Origin: a virus
IMG/VR virus record: IMGVR_UViG_3300020390_000002
Location: 27,336-91,335 of that record
DNA length: 64,000 nucleotides
Direction: 5' to 3' (one strand)
Below the pieces are notes generated by a model, which saw only the letters and a program-made list of their open reading frames with translations, was not told where the DNA came from and did no database searches. Shown here in pieces: positions 34,976-44,234 of this stretch (the stretch's first letter is position 1; each line of letters opens with the position of its first letter). Made by a program: the position numbers and the translations under genes.

Positions 34976-36154
34976 TTACACCGCTTCAGCGGCCTTCACG
35001 AACACTTCGTCCAGAAGGTTCTGGCGATCCGGCTCGAACGAGATCATCCCCGGATTGAGGCCGAAGATGATCGTGGCGTCGCGGCGCGTGTCGTACACGG
35101 CCTGCCCGCACAGTGCCTCCCAGCCGCCTTTGGCCTCCGGCACGAGGTGGCGTATCGACTTCGAGCCCAGCGCGATGATGACCGGCGGCTTCAGCAGCTC
35201 GATCTCCCGATCCAGGTAGCCGCTGCAGGCGTTGATCATAGCGTTGGTGATGCCGTCCTCGCCCTTGATCGACTTCACCAGCGTCGTGAAGTAGCCGTCC
35301 GAGACCTTGAGCCCGGCGTTCTTGAGCGCGGTCACAAGGAAGTTGGACGCCTTACCCTCGATCAGCTTGCCGGCCTGGTCCTCCGACCAATTCGGGCAAT
35401 CGGAAACGACCATGAACTTCGGCTTGCTGCCCAGGCGCGGCAGCGGGTGAACACCGCCGGCGAGCGGGCACTTGTCGCAGACGCGGGTCTCGTTGATCAG
35501 GTGGATGATCTTCGCCTTCACGAACTTGTCGACCACCACCTGCCGATCCGCCTTGACCACCTGATTGATCAGGCCGGGCAGCAGCTCGATCTGATCGCGC
35601 AGACGATCCGGGTGGCGGGCGTCGATCGACCCCGCTTCGATGGTCGCGAACGCGCCCACGCGGCGCAGACGATCCTGCACCAGCGAATTGCAGGCGCGCA
35701 GGCTCACGTTCTCGATCAGGTCGGTGATCGACTCGAACTTCCCGCCGGACTTGTCGCGCGCCTTCATGATCGCCTGGCTGCCCTTGTCGGACACCCCCTT
35801 GACTGCAGAGAACGGCATCACGATCGTGGGCTTGGCGCGGCCCGTGTCCCAGGCGATCTCGAAGCGGTCGGTCGACTCGTTGATATGCGGCGGCATGACC
35901 AGGATGCCCTCAGCCTCGATCGCGCTCACCAGCGACGGCCGGCGGTCCTCGTCGGCCATGTCCAGCGATGCCGCGAAGAACTCGGCCGCGTAGTAGGTCT
36001 TGAGATACATGGACCAATAACTGATGACGCTGTATTCGCACGAATGTGACTTGTTGAAGGCGTAACCGGCGAACTTCTCGATGCGCGAAAACAGCGCGTG
36101 CGCGGCGGTCTCCTCCATGCCAGGGTCGGCAACACTTACGCTCTTAATTTTCAT
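34976..36154 (-). CDS. dnaE: DNA polymerase III alpha, C-terminal fragment with UDG-like domain
   Basis: KFAGYAFNKSH, YLKTYY, PPHINES and HhH VKGVS, followed by a family-4 UDG-like region. Confidence 0.9.
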   Translation of the reverse strand: MKIKSVSVADPGMEETAAHALFSRIEKFAGYAFNKSHSCEYSVISYWSMYLKTYYAAEFFAASLDMADEDRRPSLVSAIEAEGILVMPPHINESTDRFEIAWDTGRAKPTIVMPFSAVKGVSDKGSQAIMKARDKSGGKFESITDLIENVSLRACNSLVQDRLRRVGAFATIEAGSIDARHPDRLRDQIELLPGLINQVVKADRQVVVDKFVKAKIIHLINETRVCDKCPLAGGVHPLPRLGSKPKFMVVSDCPNWSEDQAGKLIEGKASNFLVTALKNAGLKVSDGYFTTLVKSIKGEDGITNAMINACSGYLDREIELLKPPVIIALGSKSIRHLVPEAKGGWEALCGQAVYDTRRDATIIFGLNPGMISFEPDRQNLLDEVFVKAAEAV

Positions 36155-36858
36155 TTTGCCTCCGCCAGCTTTCGCTGAATTTGTGTTCTTGAAAAGCCCA
36201 GTTCGCCAGCAATCTGATGAAGCGTTAAGCCCCGACCCTTCAGGTTCAGCGCTTGACTTACGTCAGCCGCAGTCATCCTTCGGAGCTTGCGTTTCTTGTC
36301 GGCTAGTGGCCCCGCTACGTGTTTGTATTTTTGCCCCGAGCAAACACGCCAGACGTAGGGCGCGGTCAACCCAGTTGATCGCGCTATTTCGTCATAAGTA
36401 GCTCCCCCCTCGCGTAGATTGCGAATCGTCACCACCTGGTCCGGGCGCAACTTCGACCAGCTCAAGTCGATGTCGCTCGGCTGCGTCCCGTGAACCAGCT
36501 TGTCGGCGCAGTTTTCAGAGGGTGTGCCGTAGCGGAGGTTTTCGATCCCGTCATTACCCGGCACGTTGTCACCGTGCAGAACGTAATAGCCGGCGGGACA
36601 CTCGCCGAGGAATGCCTCCGCGACGAGCCTATGTCGAAACTCCCAGTGTCTAACGCCGTACAGGCTAAATTCGACCCATATATAGCCCCACGGATGACGG
36701 CGCTCGAGCAGCTTATTAAGAGCTGGAACCGTTCTCAGATGCCCGCGTCCGCGGCCCTGGCGAACAACATAAGACTGGCGGCGAAGCGCACCATAATTGG
36801 ACGCCTCTATTATGTTGTCGAATCGAGCTATGGGTCGCCAAATCTCTACATCAGCCAC
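36151..36858 (-). CDS. NUMOD4/HNH homing endonuclease splitting dnaE
   Basis: EIWRPI...EASNYG, HRLVAEAFLG...VLHGDN..GND..NLRYGT.SEN and C-terminal HTH segments. Confidence 0.9.
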   Translation of the reverse strand: MADVEIWRPIARFDNIIEASNYGALRRQSYVVRQGRGRGHLRTVPALNKLLERRHPWGYIWVEFSLYGVRHWEFRHRLVAEAFLGECPAGYYVLHGDNVPGNDGIENLRYGTPSENCADKLVHGTQPSDIDLSWSKLRPDQVVTIRNLREGGATYDEIARSTGLTAPYVWRVCSGQKYKHVAGPLADKKRKLRRMTAADVSQALNLKGRGLTLHQIAGELGFSRTQIQRKLAEAK

Positions 36859-39241
36859 CGAGCAACTCCTTGCCGTCTATGTCGGCTACGTCTCGAAGCG
36901 CCTCTTCGACCGTTCGTCGCAAGCCGTCTGCGCATTTGAATTTCCTAGCCCTGTGGACTCTTACGGTCTGCCCATCTTCTAGCTCCACACTCACCCAGCC
37001 GGCAGTAGCTCCAGCCACGAACTGCTCACGCTGCTTTGCCATTTCAGCCGGCAGCTTTTTACCCATTGCCTTCCTGAGAAAATCCGCATCCGCCATCGAG
37101 TAGCCGGCCAGGTCGCGGGCGACCTGCATTACCTGCTCCTGGTAGACGATCACGCCGCCGGTCTCTTCGAGCCCCGCCTTCATGCTCGGGTGCTCGAAGA
37201 TCGGCTCCCCATAGGACTGACGGAAGCTCACGTAATCCGCCATCAGGCCCGACTCCATCGGACCCGGCCGATACAGCGCGGTCGCGGCGGACAGGTCGTC
37301 GAATGTCAGATCGCCGGCCACCGCGAGGTCGCGCAGCAGCTTGCGCATGCCGGGCGATTCGAACTGGAACACGCCGGTCGTGGCGCCCTGCCCGAAGGCG
37401 CTCATGACCTTCGGGTCGTCCAGCGGCATGTCCAGCAGGTCGAGACGCTTGCCGTGACGCCGCTCGACGAGGTCCAGCGCGCGCGAGAGCACGTCCAGGG
37501 TGGACAGGCCGAGCACGTCGAGCTTGACCAGCCCCATGTCCTCCGCGGTGCGCTTATCCCAGTTGACGCAGTAGTCGTCACCGCGTCGCTCGATCACGCC
37601 GCGCTTGACGATCGGCTCCCCGGCAACCGCGACGCCGGCCGCGTGGCGTCCCATAGAGCGCAGCTGCCCCTCGAGCGCGCAGGCGTGCTTCCAGATCAGC
37701 GGGTGGCTGTCGCGGAAGCGCTCGACTTCGGCGATCTCGTCGGCGGCCCGCTCGAGCTTGTAGGGCGTGCCGCCCTCCTTCGGGATCAGCTTCGATGCTG
37801 TCAGGTCGATGTTGTCGAGCCCATAGACGCGCCCGACATTGCGCAGCGCGGAACTCGAGGCCATCGTGGTGTAGTTGGATATGCCAGTGACGTTCTCGCT
37901 GCCGTATTTGCCCACCAGGTAGGTGATCACCTCCTGGCGGCGCGTGGACATGAAGTCGAGGTCGGCGTCCGGCAGGTCGAGACGCTCGGGGTTGATGAAG
38001 CGCTCGAACAGCAGGCCAAAGCGCAACGGATCGACATCGGTGATGCCGATCAGATAAGCGACCAGCGAGCCGCCCACGGAGCCACGCCCCGGGCCGACGA
38101 TGATGCCCTCGTCCTTGGCCCATACCACGAGGTCGCGCACCAGCAGGAAGTAGCCGGCGAAGTTCATGTCGCGCAGCACCCCCAGCTCATACTGAAGGCG
38201 CGCGGCATAGGTCTTCTGCTCGGCGGCGTCGGGCATGTGCCCGAGCACCGGCTTGGCGAAGCGCGCCTTGAAGCCCGCCACGCAGAGCTTGCGCAGCTCC
38301 CCATATTCGTCCGCCGCCATCTCAGGCAACGTGATCTGAGGAGCGACCCATGTGTATTTGATCAAGGATGCGAGCGACTCATTGCCGCGCAGGGCCTGCG
38401 CTGCAGAGCGCTTCGCATCTGGATCGCCGCAGCGCTCGAGTGTCGCGATTGTGCGCTTCGCAAGATCGTGCGCAGCCAGGGGCGCGTGATCGCGGGTGAA
38501 CGGAATGCGCCGCCACGGAGAGTCCATGCGGTCATTGGAGACGATGGTGGCGTAGACGTCCTTGGCGTCAGCGAGCATCGGCGTCTCGTAGCGAGCGCCG
38601 TAGCTGGCCAGCAGCGGTAGTCCATGTGCAACCGCCATACTCAGGGCGCGCGCATTCAGCGTGTCGTAGAGCGGCGTCTGAATGCTCTCGACGCGCATGA
38701 ACAGATGTGACTGGGGCGTGACTAGATCGCTTGGGCAGCTCATCAGCGCGTCGAAGATCATCGATATATAGCGCTGATAGTCCTGCAGATGAAAGACGCT
38801 GAAAGCGTCAGACGTGACGCACGCCAGGTTGCCCTTACGCAGGGCGTCGCACAGCTCAGGCAGGCCCACGCGGGGCACGTAGTAGAAGAAATCCCGCTCA
38901 TGCGCCCGGCTCAGCAGCCGGGTCAGGTCCTCGAATCCTTGCGCGTTGACGATATACAGGTCGAAGAAGCACTCGGGATTCGGCTTTTCGATCTCGCCGC
39001 TGCGCGCGGGGGGCTTGCGATAGGTCGGGTCCTCGACCACGCGCACGCGCGCGCCGACGATCGGGCGCACGCCGGCCTCCTCGCACGCCTTCGTGAAGGG
39101 GATCAGCGCAGAGATGCTCATGGTATCCGCCAGCGCCGCGGACTCGTAGCCCGCAGCCTTCGCTGCAGCAGCCAGGGCTTTGGGCGACAGGAGACTTTCG
39201 CCGCTGGAGAAGTGGGTGCGACCGAACAGGGTGAGCTTCAT
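36851..39241 (-). CDS. dnaE: DNA polymerase III alpha, N-terminal fragment (PHP and palm)
   Basis: RTHFS, GPGRGSVGGSLVAY, FERFINPERLDLPDADLDF, RHAAG, KLDVLGL, GVFQFES, ALYRPGP and VYQEQVMQ. Confidence 0.95.
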   Translation of the reverse strand: MKLTLFGRTHFSSGESLLSPKALAAAAKAAGYESAALADTMSISALIPFTKACEEAGVRPIVGARVRVVEDPTYRKPPARSGEIEKPNPECFFDLYIVNAQGFEDLTRLLSRAHERDFFYYVPRVGLPELCDALRKGNLACVTSDAFSVFHLQDYQRYISMIFDALMSCPSDLVTPQSHLFMRVESIQTPLYDTLNARALSMAVAHGLPLLASYGARYETPMLADAKDVYATIVSNDRMDSPWRRIPFTRDHAPLAAHDLAKRTIATLERCGDPDAKRSAAQALRGNESLASLIKYTWVAPQITLPEMAADEYGELRKLCVAGFKARFAKPVLGHMPDAAEQKTYAARLQYELGVLRDMNFAGYFLLVRDLVVWAKDEGIIVGPGRGSVGGSLVAYLIGITDVDPLRFGLLFERFINPERLDLPDADLDFMSTRRQEVITYLVGKYGSENVTGISNYTTMASSSALRNVGRVYGLDNIDLTASKLIPKEGGTPYKLERAADEIAEVERFRDSHPLIWKHACALEGQLRSMGRHAAGVAVAGEPIVKRGVIERRGDDYCVNWDKRTAEDMGLVKLDVLGLSTLDVLSRALDLVERRHGKRLDLLDMPLDDPKVMSAFGQGATTGVFQFESPGMRKLLRDLAVAGDLTFDDLSAATALYRPGPMESGLMADYVSFRQSYGEPIFEHPSMKAGLEETGGVIVYQEQVMQVARDLAGYSMADADFLRKAMGKKLPAEMAKQREQFVAGATAGWVSVELEDGQTVRVHRARKFKCADGLRRTVEEALRDVADIDGKELLGG

Positions 39242-39681
39242 GGGAGTTCCTTGTGTGGGGCGATCGCGCCGAGTGCGTACATGACCCGCATCGCGACCGA
39301 TGCCTGGGTGCGCGCGCTGCTGGGAGCCAAACCCTGCGACAACAGGGTGAGCTCGAGGCGTTGACGATCGAGGCCGTTGTCATTGATCAGGTCGAATCCG
39401 AGCCGGAGGTAGCCGGGCGCGGTTTCCGGCAGCGGGTTGCTGCGGGCGGCGATTGATTCGCGCACGCCCTGGAGGGTCACGCCGCTGTCGAACAGACGGC
39501 GCAGCACACGCTTGACGGTCTTCGGCAGGCGGGTGCGCGCATGGATAAGACGACGCTCCTCGGGGCCGGCGGGCTGCCGGGCCTCACGAATGGCGGTTCT
39601 GCAGGCAAAAAAGACGGGGCACGAGCGGCAAACCGCATTGGCCCCGTCAAAGCACACGCTCGACGCAAAGCAACCTTTCAT
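39238..39681 (-). CDS. Cys-rich N-terminus plus wHTH-like protein
   Basis: GCF...CRSCP...C. Motif SARTQASVAMRVMYALGAI. Confidence 0.7.
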   Translation of the reverse strand: MKGCFASSVCFDGANAVCRSCPVFFACRTAIREARQPAGPEERRLIHARTRLPKTVKRVLRRLFDSGVTLQGVRESIAARSNPLPETAPGYLRLGFDLINDNGLDRQRLELTLLSQGLAPSSARTQASVAMRVMYALGAIAPHKELP

Positions 39682-39693
39682 TCGTGTGGTCGA

Positions 39694-40848
39694 CTACCCG
39701 AACAGACGCTGGGCGTAGTTGTCGCAAGTCACGCGGGAGGTCTCCGGCAACTTGTTGATGAACGCCTGACGCAGGCCCAGGTGGAAGTCTCCGCGGCGGA
39801 TGCCGATCATTCCGGCGAAGATCAGCTCGCGCTGACCGATCGGATTCGACCCGGCGGATTCCGCGAAGTCCCGGCGCACATCGTTTGCGAAGCGCACGAG
39901 CTTGTCGGCGTCGTCGGGTTCGATGTGGCACTTCGAGATCAGCAGCGCCTTCTCCTGGCTCGCCGGCATGTAGGGGACATTTTCGACAATGCCGAATCGA
40001 GAGTAGTTGGCGGCGTTCTGAATCTGGGTGCCCGCGTAGAGCCCCGTCTCGTCACCCGATCCGTTCGTGTTGCCGGTGGCCAGGAAGCGGAAGTTCGGGT
40101 GCGGATTGATCACGCGCCACTCCTCATCGGCGTCCTTGATCACCAGCGGTTTGCCTTCCAGCACGGGCTGATAGGCCAGCAGCACGGCGGGCATGGCCGC
40201 GTCGTACTCGTCGGCGAGATAGGTCCAGCCATTGCGCATCGCCAGCGCGAGCGGACCCGGCGCGAAGTAGGTGCCCTGCTCGTTGGCCTGCAGCTGACCC
40301 ACGATCTGACACTCTTCGGTGTTGATCGTATGCTGGATGCGCAGCATCGGCAGCTTGAGGTGATGCAGCACCTGCTCGAGCATCGTGGTCTTGCCGGTGC
40401 CGGTGTGGCCCCAGAGATACGTCGGGATATTCAGCTCCAGGCCCATGCACACCGCCTTGAGCATGCCGATGTCGAAGATGTAGTTCGGGTCCTGCGCCGG
40501 GACCATGTCCGAGAACTCCCCGCGATTCGAGACCTTGAGCATGATCGGGCGCCCGCTCTTGGAGGCACCGTCGGGAATGCCGAACACTTCGTTGAACGGC
40601 ACCAGGTCGAAACCTTCCTTGCGGGCTTTCTCGCGCGCCTGCTCGTCCTGCTCGGTGACTTCATTGCGCTTGGCCTGAAGCTCGAGCCAGCGCTTTTTCG
40701 CCAGCTCACTGAACAGCGGCGCGTCCGGGTAATCGGCCCGATACTTCTCGATGGTGATCTCGGGGTGCGCGTCCTCGAGGTGCTTTTTCATCACGTGCGC
40801 TTTGGCGCCGCATATCTGACAAGTGATCTTTTCGTTCGGTTGCGTCAT
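39694..40848 (-). CDS. CobS/MoxR-family AAA+ ATPase with N-terminal C2H2 finger
   Basis: CQIC...H...H, GHTGTGKT, LADEYD, PHPNFRFLATGNT and SRF. Confidence 0.9.
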   Translation of the reverse strand: MTQPNEKITCQICGAKAHVMKKHLEDAHPEITIEKYRADYPDAPLFSELAKKRWLELQAKRNEVTEQDEQAREKARKEGFDLVPFNEVFGIPDGASKSGRPIMLKVSNRGEFSDMVPAQDPNYIFDIGMLKAVCMGLELNIPTYLWGHTGTGKTTMLEQVLHHLKLPMLRIQHTINTEECQIVGQLQANEQGTYFAPGPLALAMRNGWTYLADEYDAAMPAVLLAYQPVLEGKPLVIKDADEEWRVINPHPNFRFLATGNTNGSGDETGLYAGTQIQNAANYSRFGIVENVPYMPASQEKALLISKCHIEPDDADKLVRFANDVRRDFAESAGSNPIGQRELIFAGMIGIRRGDFHLGLRQAFINKLPETSRVTCDNYAQRLFG

Positions 40849-40879
40849 TCTTATAGTCCTCGCGTTGTGCTGGAGCGCT

Positions 40880-40909
40880 TATGATAAGTCAGTGCTGACT
40901 TACCATCAA
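40880..40909 (-). promoter_or_regulatory. Promoter TTGATG-N17-TATCAT with operator (40885-40902) in the spacer
   Basis: TAAGTCAGTGCTGACTTA. Confidence 0.85.
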
Positions 40910-40936
40910 GCTCCGGTTGAATGTTTTTCTGGGCTT

Positions 40937-43033
40937 TCAGCGTGCGCCGGACAGCAGCAGCGTGCGCACCTGATCAAGAACGGTGGTCGCCAGGTCGCCA
41001 ACCTGGTTCAGCACCACATGACGGCTGTAGAACTCCTCTACTGCGTCGGACATGATGCCGATACCCACGACCTTCGTGCCGGAGCCCTCGATCTCCTTGA
41101 TCGCCTGCTTGAGATGCCAGGGATGCCGCGACCCGCCCGCGCTTGTGGGCATGCCGTCGCTGAGCACGATCATGATTTTGTTACTCTCGCGCTGCGCCAT
41201 CAGTCGCCGGTGAGCAATGAGAACCGACTCGCCATCGACGTTATCCGAAACCGCGCCCGTGAATGAGGACCAATAGACGTTGTCCTTGTGCTCCTGGCGC
41301 ATCGGCGTGCCGAAGGGCTTCAGGATTGGCATCATGAGCGGCATCATGCGGTTGTATTCAACCGACCCCGGCGCGCGGCGCGCGGCGTCGGTCGCCTCGT
41401 AATAATGCTTCGGGTCATATTCGGTGGTGAAACCGATGATTTCGCAATTCACCCGCATGCGATCGAGCACCGACCCCAACGCATAGGCGGTCTGCGCCGC
41501 ACGTAGCGCCTGGGCACCGTACATGGAGCCCGACATATCCACGACGAGCTGCACGGCCGCGTCCTTGCTCGTGTGAACCTCCTTGCGGCGAAACACGCGA
41601 GAATCGCCAACCTGCAGCCGGTGAAGCGCCGATCCGCTGAGCTTGCCGGATCGATAGCCGCCCACATGATAGGACTGGCTGCGCGCCTCGATCGCGCGTT
41701 CGAGCTTTTTCTGAATCACGCCCGCGAGCCCGTCCACCGACTCGAAGAACGCCGAGCGTCTGCGGGTGTCACGCAGCATCGATTCATCCGATGGGAGCGG
41801 TCGGGGTGGGCCGATATAGTCGTGCTCCGTGGTGTAGGCAATATACTCGCCCCGCGACTCGTCCAGCCACAGCTTACTGATGTGTTCGGACAGCTCGGCA
41901 TCGAAGTCAGGCAGGTCGTTCGGGTCGATCGGCTGCAGCGCCTGAGCTGGCTCAGAATCGTCGGAATCGCCGTCGGAGTCCTTGTTGGCATCCGGAGGGG
42001 CGCCGCCGTCGCTCTCGTCGCCGTCGTCGTCTTCCTGATCGGGCGTCTTGGGGGCTTCGCCCTCCGAGTCGTCCTCACCTTCGGAGTCGTCCTCACCTTC
42101 GGAGTCGTCCTCACCGTCCGAGTCGTCCTCGCCTTCGGAGTCGTCCTCGCCTTCGGAGTCGTCCTCGCCTTCGGAGTCGTCCTCGCCTTCGGAGTCGTCC
42201 TCGTTCTCGCCTTCCGAGCCGTCCTCGCCCTCGCTTTCGGATTCGGCTTCGTCGCTCTCGTCCTGGCCGGAGTCCCCCTGCTGGTCATCGTCGTCACTTT
42301 CAGACGGCTCTTCGCCTTGCTTGGAATCATCATCGGCATCCTCATCGGGCTGCCCACCACCACCCCCGCCCGGCGGCGGCGGCGGATCGTAGGCGCTGAT
42401 GCGTTCGGCAATGTCGATCGCCAGGTCGAGACTATCCTGGCTGCTCTCGATCTTGGGTAAGCGGGCGATGAGGTCCTCGCCGATCAGATCACGCACGGGC
42501 TGGACCAGCTCCTGCTTGTCCCGCGCGTAGTGTTCGCACTCCGCGTGGCCAGCCCAGGCGCGCAAGAAGACCACGCTCAGCGCGGACCAGACGCTGTTGG
42601 GGTCCAGGCGGCCGGCAGCGACCAGCTTCTGGAAATTCGGGTCCACCATCGTGTTGCAGAAGTAGTCTCGGGTGTTCGCCAGATTGATGTCGGACCCCGA
42701 AAAGCGGCGCGCCATCGCGCGCTCGATGAAGGTGTCCTCAAGCGCGTTCCAGAGGCCGTGCATGCCCAGCTCCTGAGCCTTGCGCGACACGCTCGAATCG
42801 GTGAACAGAACGTGTGCGACCTCATGGTCGAGAAAGCCCTGCACTGCACGAATGAAGGTGTCCGAGGCGTTGTCGGGGATGTAGGGGATATAGACGGCCT
42901 TCGGCTGACCCGTCTTGGGGTCCCACACGACTTTCGCCTCATGTGCACGCATGACCACCTTGATTTTCTTTTCGGCGATCATCGACGCGACACGGGGCAG
43001 CGCGTCGCGGAGTTGGTTAATGCGTCGGTTCAT
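40937..43033 (-). CDS. CobT-like vWA protein
   Basis: DHEVAH motif, long acidic linker, MIDAS VDMSGSM, VDGE and LSDG. Confidence 0.9.
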   Translation of the reverse strand: MNRRINQLRDALPRVASMIAEKKIKVVMRAHEAKVVWDPKTGQPKAVYIPYIPDNASDTFIRAVQGFLDHEVAHVLFTDSSVSRKAQELGMHGLWNALEDTFIERAMARRFSGSDINLANTRDYFCNTMVDPNFQKLVAAGRLDPNSVWSALSVVFLRAWAGHAECEHYARDKQELVQPVRDLIGEDLIARLPKIESSQDSLDLAIDIAERISAYDPPPPPGGGGGGQPDEDADDDSKQGEEPSESDDDDQQGDSGQDESDEAESESEGEDGSEGENEDDSEGEDDSEGEDDSEGEDDSEGEDDSDGEDDSEGEDDSEGEDDSEGEAPKTPDQEDDDGDESDGGAPPDANKDSDGDSDDSEPAQALQPIDPNDLPDFDAELSEHISKLWLDESRGEYIAYTTEHDYIGPPRPLPSDESMLRDTRRRSAFFESVDGLAGVIQKKLERAIEARSQSYHVGGYRSGKLSGSALHRLQVGDSRVFRRKEVHTSKDAAVQLVVDMSGSMYGAQALRAAQTAYALGSVLDRMRVNCEIIGFTTEYDPKHYYEATDAARRAPGSVEYNRMMPLMMPILKPFGTPMRQEHKDNVYWSSFTGAVSDNVDGESVLIAHRRLMAQRESNKIMIVLSDGMPTSAGGSRHPWHLKQAIKEIEGSGTKVVGIGIMSDAVEEFYSRHVVLNQVGDLATTVLDQVRTLLLSGAR
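42058..42236. repeat. 18-bp coding tandem repeat (EGEDDS)n
   Basis: About 7 near-perfect copies of CCTTCGGAGTCGTCCTCG/A plus degenerate flanks. Confidence 0.9.
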
Positions 43034-43044
43034 TTCGCTCCTTA

Positions 43045-43062
43045 TAGTTCAGTGCTGACTTA
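43045..43062. promoter_or_regulatory. Palindromic operator copy
   Basis: TAGTTCAGTGCTGACTTA. Confidence 0.75.
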
Positions 43063-43129
43063 TGTATTAGAGCATAAAAAAAGCGGCAAGTATCGTTGCC
43101 GCTTTCAGAAATTCGCGTTCGCCGAGCTG

Positions 43130-43318
43130 CTATGTCTGGACGGCCACCATGAAGGATTGACCGATCGCCGCCTGGGTCAGCACTATAAGGCCATGTATGG
43201 CGTGCATTCCCTGCAGTGCCATACCCCACCCCAGATCAACCTGGCTTTCGACGGCCAGCTCACTGGCCAAGACGAGCGTTTGCTCTTCGCTAAGCAGAAC
43301 CATGTTCAGTAGATTCAA
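43130..43318 (-). CDS. Possible small protein divergent from the repressor
   Basis: TTG start with GAGGGG upstream, followed by a terminator at about 43076-43105. Confidence 0.4.
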   Translation of the reverse strand: MNLLNMVLLSEEQTLVLASELAVESQVDLGWGMALQGMHAIHGLIVLTQAAIGQSFMVAVQT

Positions 43319-43495
43319 CCGTGTGTCCCCTCTCGTTGTTGTTGAAGATCACTCATTGCTGATCTATTATTATCCAAGCCGTCGGAAGACGCAACACTTA
43401 TTTCATATCCAGAAAAGATTAGTTTTTACCCGTTTTTTTACAGCAACTTACCGGGCGTTCAGCGCGGCTTTCAGGGCGTCACCGAGCGAATATCA

Positions 43496-43530
43496 TTGTT
43501 CACTGTTGACTTATACTCAGCATTCGCTTA
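43496..43530. promoter_or_regulatory. Degenerate operator copies in the divergent repressor control region
   Basis: TTGTTCACTGTTGACTTA and ATACTCAGCATTCGCTTA in AT-rich intergenic DNA. Confidence 0.55.
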
Positions 43531-43614
43531 ACGTGGCCTTGCCCTGATAAACATTTAGCCGGCGCCTATAAAGATTTCAATACTGTGCGCCCATCAATAA
43601 AAGGAGCAACGGCA

Positions 43615-44016
43615 ATGAAAGGTAAGGCAGTACGAAACGCGGCTCGAGAGCCCCTGGCAGACCGGATCGGCAAGCTGATCAACATCAGCCCGAAGAGCCA
43701 GAACGAGATCGCTGACGAGATCGGCTACGAGAAGGCGAACATCATCACGATGTTCAAGAAGGGAACGACCAAAGTGCCGATTGGTCGCGTGGGTCCGCTG
43801 GCGACTGCGCTGGGTGCTGACCCGGCCCAACTCGTTCGTCACGCGCTCATGGAATATCTGCCTGAGACCTACGACGCCATCGAGAAGTATCTCGGGGGCG
43901 TGCTGACCCAGAACGAGCTGGCCGTTGTGGAAGCCTTCCGCGAGGCAACGAACTTCGAGGACCCTGATCTGACCTCCGCGAAGCTCGCCAGGATTCGCGA
44001 GGCATGCGCAGGCTAA
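43615..44016 (+). CDS. XRE-family HTH repressor
   Basis: KSQNEIADEIGYEKANIITMFKKGTTKVP. AAGGAG RBS. Divergent from lytic genes and next to attP/int. Confidence 0.88.
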   Translation: MKGKAVRNAAREPLADRIGKLINISPKSQNEIADEIGYEKANIITMFKKGTTKVPIGRVGPLATALGADPAQLVRHALMEYLPETYDAIEKYLGGVLTQNELAVVEAFREATNFEDPDLTSAKLARIREACAG

Positions 44017-44055
44017 AAGATCGTCGACCGCCTGCCGCGGTCCAGATCCAGAAAT

Positions 44056-44078
44056 GCCCGGCTACGCCGGGCTTTTTT
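44056..44078 (+). terminator. Rho-independent terminator
   Basis: GCCCGGC-tac-GCCGGGC-TTTTTT. Confidence 0.85.
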
Positions 44079-44234
44079 GTGCGCGCCATTTGTGGCCATA
44101 GAAATCGAACCAGCGCACAAAGTTCAGTTACTACTGAGGTGATTTTTCGATTCCCCTGGACCCATCTGTGGCCACATAGGGACCCAAAAACGAAAAAGGC
44201 CAGATTTTCATCTAGCCTAAGTCGTTGATTTAAT

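Noticed and set aside
36151-37000. Group I intron or functional split intein in dnaE
   Set aside because: There is no non-coding space for a ribozyme core because the ORFs overlap directly, and no splice-junction residues are present. The canonical dnaE intein site reads FAGYAFNKSH and is empty. Not formally excluded without a covariance-model scan.
42058-42236. Regular short repeats suggesting a CRISPR array
   Set aside because: The 18-bp units are contiguous with no spacers and encode (EGEDDS)n in frame. No cas genes are present.
39694-43033. Cobalamin biosynthesis genes
   Set aside because: No cobN or other cob genes are present. CobS/CobT-like pairs are common in phages as generic AAA+/vWA modules.
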